The position numbers were made by a program, and so were the translations under genes. 64,000 bases of DNA from an uncultured Balneola sp. (GTDB lineage: Bacteria; Bacteroidota; Rhodothermia; Balneolales; Balneolaceae), in assembly GCA_902529365.1 (NCBI GenBank), contig CABZWK010000008.1, positions 4,654 to 68,653 on the forward strand. The letters run 5' to 3'. Position 1 is the stretch's first letter. Each line of letters starts with the position of its first letter. Below are positions 59,935 to 64,000 of this stretch, piece after piece. Under the pieces are notes generated by a model, which made no database searches, was not told the origin of the DNA, and saw nothing but the letters and a program-made list of their open reading frames with translations.

Positions 59935-60714
59935 ATGCTTACGAAACGGATCATTCCCTGCCTTGACATCAAAGATGGACGCACTGTAAAAGGAGTAAAT
60001 TTTCTCGGGTTTATGGATGCCGGGGACCCCGTTGAGCTTGCCAAACGATATAGCAATGAAGGGGCTGATGAACTAGTATTTTTAGATATCTCCGCTACTC
60101 AAGAGAAACGAAAAACCTTGGTGGAACTGGTTCAGCGTATAGCGGCAGAAATCACAATTCCTTTTACAGTGGGCGGGGGAATAAAAACCGTTGAGGAAAT
60201 TGAGAAACTATTAAAAGCTGGCGCCGATAAAGTGTCTTTGAACAGCAGTATTGTCAGGCGACCTGAACTTATTACTGAAGCATCTCAAGCATTTGGAGCT
60301 CAGGCTATCGTGGCAGCTATAGATGCAAAAAGAGTAGAAGGATGGGCTAAGGAAGATCCAAAATGGAAAGTTTTTACTCACGGAGGCACAAAGGAAACCG
60401 GCATAAATGCCCTAGAATGGGCTACAAATGTAGAATTTCTGGGTGCTGGAGAGTTATTGGTTACTAGTATGGATAGAGATGGTACAAAAGCTGGATTTGA
60501 TCACGAACTGCTATTGGGGATTCATCAAAGCACTAACATTCCACTCATTGCAAGTGGTGGAGCTGGCACTATTTTACATTGTATAGAAGCGATAAAGAAA
60601 GGAAAAGCGGATGCCGTTCTGGCCGCAAGTATTTTTCACTTTAAAGAGATTGAGATCTCCGAACTTAAGCTTCAAATGCAAAAAGCAGGAATCCCAAGTC
60701 GTATTACTAAATAA
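59935..60714 (+). CDS. hisF: imidazole glycerol phosphate synthase cyclase subunit
   Basis: I placed the start at [15 protein letters not shown] (59935). It has [17 protein letters not shown] and ASGGAG motifs. Confidence 0.93.
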   Translation: MLTKRIIPCLDIKDGRTVKGVNFLGFMDAGDPVELAKRYSNEGADELVFLDISATQEKRKTLVELVQRIAAEITIPFTVGGGIKTVEEIEKLLKAGADKVSLNSSIVRRPELITEASQAFGAQAIVAAIDAKRVEGWAKEDPKWKVFTHGGTKETGINALEWATNVEFLGAGELLVTSMDRDGTKAGFDHELLLGIHQSTNIPLIASGGAGTILHCIEAIKKGKADAVLAASIFHFKEIEISELKLQMQKAGIPSRITK

Positions 60715-60779
60715 AAATAGCCTTAAATTGAATATTTTTTATTTAGTCATTTTATAAAAAATACATTAATAATTTTTGG

Positions 60780-60807
60780 AAGCGATTTTTTAAAAAAGCG
60801 CTTTTTT
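60780..60807 (+). terminator. candidate intrinsic terminator after hisF
   Basis: AAGCGATTTT-loop-AAAAGCGCTT hairpin with one mismatch, followed by TTTT. It is AT-rich and therefore weak. Confidence 0.45.
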
Positions 60808-61061
60808 ACAGATGTTTCTGAGAATATTGCAGTTAGAGGGTGAAATAACACTACTCCAAAGTACTAAGTTACCTAAAATTCTTAGTTTATGGCTTATTAC
60901 CCTTGAAAGCATAAAGTTTGACAAACTTATATTTTTTACGGTTTTTGTAACCAATGGTGTAATTATTAAGGTTTAAATAATTACTTACATTATGACGTTT
61001 AAATAACGTAGAAAACGACTGAAAGTACATTACCAAGCCTGTTATAATTAATCAATATAGT

Positions 61062-64000
61062 ATGGAAAAGCCCACAAATCACTTGCAACAAACGACCAAG
61101 CCCGTATTTAACTATACCGGCGAAGAACATAGTGCCTGTGGAGTTGGTTTCATTGTCAGTAGAAAGCAAGAGTATTCTTACGAGCATTTAAAGCAAGGTT
61201 TGCATGCCTTGCGTTGTGTGGAGCATCGTGGTGCTTGCGCGGCCGATGGCTTGACCGGGGACGGCGCCGGAATTATGACAGACATCCCTTTTGATATGTT
61301 GGGATACGAAAAAGATGCGGTTGCGGTAGCATTTCTTTTTTTAACTCGAACAAGAACTCGCAGACTTAAAGCCATTAAAATTTTTGAACAAACGTTCGAG
61401 TCCATTGGATTGAATATCCTAGAATACCGCGATGTGCCCGTTAATCCTGATAATTTAGGAGAGAGTGCTAATCAGAGTGTACCCATAATGGTGCAAGCAT
61501 TCATAAAACGACCCGAACGAGCAAAGACCATGCTCTCATTTGACAAACGACTTTACTCTGCCAAACAACTCACAAAAAACAAACTCTTTGAGTCCGAACT
61601 CGAAGATGCCCTTTTCTTCACATCACTCTCCGCTAAAACCATCGTGTACAAAGCACTTACGCAATCACGTGCTCTGGATGACTTTTACTTAGATCTCCAG
61701 AATCCTGCATATGAGACTCGTTTTTGCTTGTTTCATCGTCGTTTTAGCACCAATACCACTACTTCTTGGGATAAGGCTCAACCTTTCCGACTAATTGGCC
61801 ACAATGGCGAAATAAACACCATTGCGGGCAATCGATCTTGGGCGAAATCAAGGGAGAAAATGATTGGCGCTGAACGTAATGAAATTCTTACACGCGATGG
61901 GATTAGTGATTCTGGCAGTTTAAATGAAATGGTAGAAGCTTTACGTTACCGCAGCAGCATACCAAATGTAGAAGATATTCTAGCTATTTGTATGCCTCCA
62001 GCTAATCATGACAACAATTTTTATAAGTTTTGGAGTCGAGCTATGGAGCCATGGGATGGGCCTGCTCTCATCACCTATGCCAACGGCTATACCATTGGCG
62101 CTCGACTGGACCGAAATGGTTTCAGACCATGCCGATGGGCAAGAACCCCAGACCATTTCTATCTATCCTCCGAAGCAGGTACCTTCGATATTGACCCTAA
62201 AAACATAGATGCTAAGGGGACATTATTTGCAGGTCGTGGGGTTACGATTGATTTAGCCAACGGTCAGGTAATGTTTCGTGACCCTTCACATTCAAGAGAC
62301 AACTATGACGCCCCTTTTGAACCAAGAGCTGAAAAAATCCCAAATATGGTTAGTGATACCGGTGTACGGTTTAGTAATAAAAAAGCGGTGTTTAGTTATT
62401 CCGATGATGAACTAAGCAAAATAATTTATCCAATGGCTGAAAAAGGAAAAGAGCCGATTGGGTCCATGGGTGATACTGCTAGATTAGCCGTTTTGTCAAC
62501 TGAAACTCGGTCTTTCTTCGATTTTTTCTACCAACACTTCTCACAGGTAACCAATCCACCTCTTGATTACATTCGTGAGCAGATCGTTACCGATCTGAAA
62601 GTCTATTTGGGGAAAAAACCTAATATTTTTGAACCAAAAGAGCTTATACCACCCGCTCCTGCATACGAGCTTGAAAGTCCTTTTTTAAGTCTTTCACAGA
62701 TGGATTTTCTGTACGGATGTATCGACAAAGCCACTGAGTTAGATCGTATTATTCCCTACGTAATTGATACCACATTTGACATTAATCATGGCATTGTTGG
62801 CTTTAAGTCAAAACTCACCAAAATTGGTGAGGAAGCTATTAAAGCAGTGTCTAACAAGCACGCTATTTTGATTCTTTCGGATCGTAAAGCAAGTATATAT
62901 AGAACCCCTTTACCTAGTTTACTTGCCCTTCGTCGGGTAGTGAATGCTCTGAATGACGAAGGATTAAAACTCAATGCTGCTGTAATTGTGGATACTGGTG
63001 AAGTAAAAAGTACCCACCATGCTTCTTGTCTTATAGGTTTTGGTGCGCAAGCAGTATGCCCCTACGTTGCATTAGATGCCGTTCGTAACGATGAAGAACG
63101 CAGCTTGAAGAATTTAGACGCGGATATCAAGGAACGCAATTATTTAAAAGCACTGGATAATGGCCTATTAAAAATAATGGCAAAATCAGGTATTTCTGTT
63201 GTTCGCTCTTATCAGAGTGCTAAGTTGTATTCCGCACTAGGATTAGGAAAAGAAATTATTCAAGAATATTTCCCAGGCATCCAGAGCCCTATTGGAGGTT
63301 TAGAAATCGAACAAATTGCAGAACAAACTCTGAATAGAGCCGAAGTTGTTCAATCTGATGAGGGGCCTTACAAACCTATCAAAAATTTCCAGTACAAAGA
63401 ACATGCTCGAGGTTCTATGGGTGAAAAGCATTCTATGACCAATACCCGGTCAAAAATGATTCATGAATTGGTTCAAAATCATGATTTAGATCTTAAAGAT
63501 ATGGCCCTATGGGATGAGTTTCTAAAGTTAGGCTTAGAGGACGAACCCATTACTATAAGACACTTATTTAATCCAAAGAAATCCGAATCTCCACTGCCCT
63601 TAGATAACGTAAAAGGGGGCGACCATATACTTCCCACTTTTGGCTCTGGTGCCATGTCATTCGGCGCAATTAGTGCAGAATCACAACGGGATATTTTCCT
63701 AGCAATGAGGGAAATTGGTGGGCGATGTAATAGTGGTGAAGGTGGAGAAAATCCATACTACTTTGAAGAGGGTATTGGTGCAACCATAAAACAAATTGCC
63801 TCCGGGCGTTTTGGAGTAACTGCTGAGTACCTTGTTTCCGGTGAGGAAATTCAGATTAAGGTCTGTCAAGGTGCAAAACCCGGCGAGGGTGGTCAGCTGA
63901 TGGGTATTAAAGTCGACGCAGATATTGCCAAAGCCAGATATGCTAATCAAGGATTTGACTTAATTTCCCCCCCACCACTGCACGATATTTACAGCATTGA
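61062..64000 (+). CDS. gltB: glutamate synthase large subunit (first ~979 codons; the 3' end runs off the window)
   Basis: Not in the ORF track because there is no stop in the window. Hand translation from the ATG at 61062 gives MEKPTNHLQQTTKPVFNYTGEEHSACGVGFIV...HRGACAADGLTGDGAGIM...FCLFHRRFSTNTTTSWDKAQPFRLIGHNGEINT. This is the Ntn amidotransferase domain with its catalytic Cys, followed by the central and FMN domains (GGENPYYF... near the window end). Confidence 0.93.
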   Translation, partial: MEKPTNHLQQTTKPVFNYTGEEHSACGVGFIVSRKQEYSYEHLKQGLHALRCVEHRGACAADGLTGDGAGIMTDIPFDMLGYEKDAVAVAFLFLTRTRTRRLKAIKIFEQTFESIGLNILEYRDVPVNPDNLGESANQSVPIMVQAFIKRPERAKTMLSFDKRLYSAKQLTKNKLFESELEDALFFTSLSAKTIVYKALTQSRALDDFYLDLQNPAYETRFCLFHRRFSTNTTTSWDKAQPFRLIGHNGEINTIAGNRSWAKSREKMIGAERNEILTRDGISDSGSLNEMVEALRYRSSIPNVEDILAICMPPANHDNNFYKFWSRAMEPWDGPALITYANGYTIGARLDRNGFRPCRWARTPDHFYLSSEAGTFDIDPKNIDAKGTLFAGRGVTIDLANGQVMFRDPSHSRDNYDAPFEPRAEKIPNMVSDTGVRFSNKKAVFSYSDDELSKIIYPMAEKGKEPIGSMGDTARLAVLSTETRSFFDFFYQHFSQVTNPPLDYIREQIVTDLKVYLGKKPNIFEPKELIPPAPAYELESPFLSLSQMDFLYGCIDKATELDRIIPYVIDTTFDINHGIVGFKSKLTKIGEEAIKAVSNKHAILILSDRKASIYRTPLPSLLALRRVVNALNDEGLKLNAAVIVDTGEVKSTHHASCLIGFGAQAVCPYVALDAVRNDEERSLKNLDADIKERNYLKALDNGLLKIMAKSGISVVRSYQSAKLYSALGLGKEIIQEYFPGIQSPIGGLEIEQIAEQTLNRAEVVQSDEGPYKPIKNFQYKEHARGSMGEKHSMTNTRSKMIHELVQNHDLDLKDMALWDEFLKLGLEDEPITIRHLFNPKKSESPLPLDNVKGGDHILPTFGSGAMSFGAISAESQRDIFLAMREIGGRCNSGEGGENPYYFEEGIGATIKQIASGRFGVTAEYLVSGEEIQIKVCQGAKPGEGGQLMGIKVDADIAKARYANQGFDLISPPPLHDIYSI

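Overview
The window is a dense, mostly housekeeping chromosomal segment. Hand-counted 60-nt samples give roughly 45-50% GC in the core genes. About 52 protein genes are present on both strands, plus one tRNA(CAT). I saw no rRNA, CRISPR array, transposase, integrase or prophage genes. The gene content (CarboxypepD_reg-type TonB receptor, DnaQ-DnaE fusion, short MenE-like ligase, many lipoproteins) suggests a Bacteroidota/Balneolota-like organism, but that is low-confidence inference.

Recognisable genes include purL (partial), lemA, trmB, pdxH, pyrG, rlmB, ndk, mnmA, trxA, dnaE, crcB, ilvE, ppc, gcvP, ettA, hisF and gltB (partial).

The observations most worth a second look are:
1. A translationally coupled cluster at 37.4-41.1 kb: lipoprotein, glutamine-synthetase-like ligase, kinase-fold protein and HAD-IIA hydrolase. 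The last two have non-canonical catalytic motifs. This is my best candidate for an undescribed small-molecule pathway.
2. Two secreted beta-propeller proteins (LVIVD-type and YVTN-type, the latter with a His/Met-rich insert) directly upstream of a ZIP metal transporter (44.3-48.7 kb).
3. A strongly AT-rich block holding a convergent OprB-like porin and a TonB-dependent receptor (53.9-57.9 kb).
4. A MenE-like adenylating enzyme interrupted by one in-frame TGA.
5. A DEDDh exonuclease domain fused to the N-terminus of DnaE.
6. A persulfide-dioxygenase/rhodanese plus TauE operon divergent from a GntR/HutC regulator, with palindromes in the shared spacer.
7. A degenerate 42-bp tandem repeat between pyrG and a Nudix gene.

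All family calls come from by-eye motif recognition. No database search was run.
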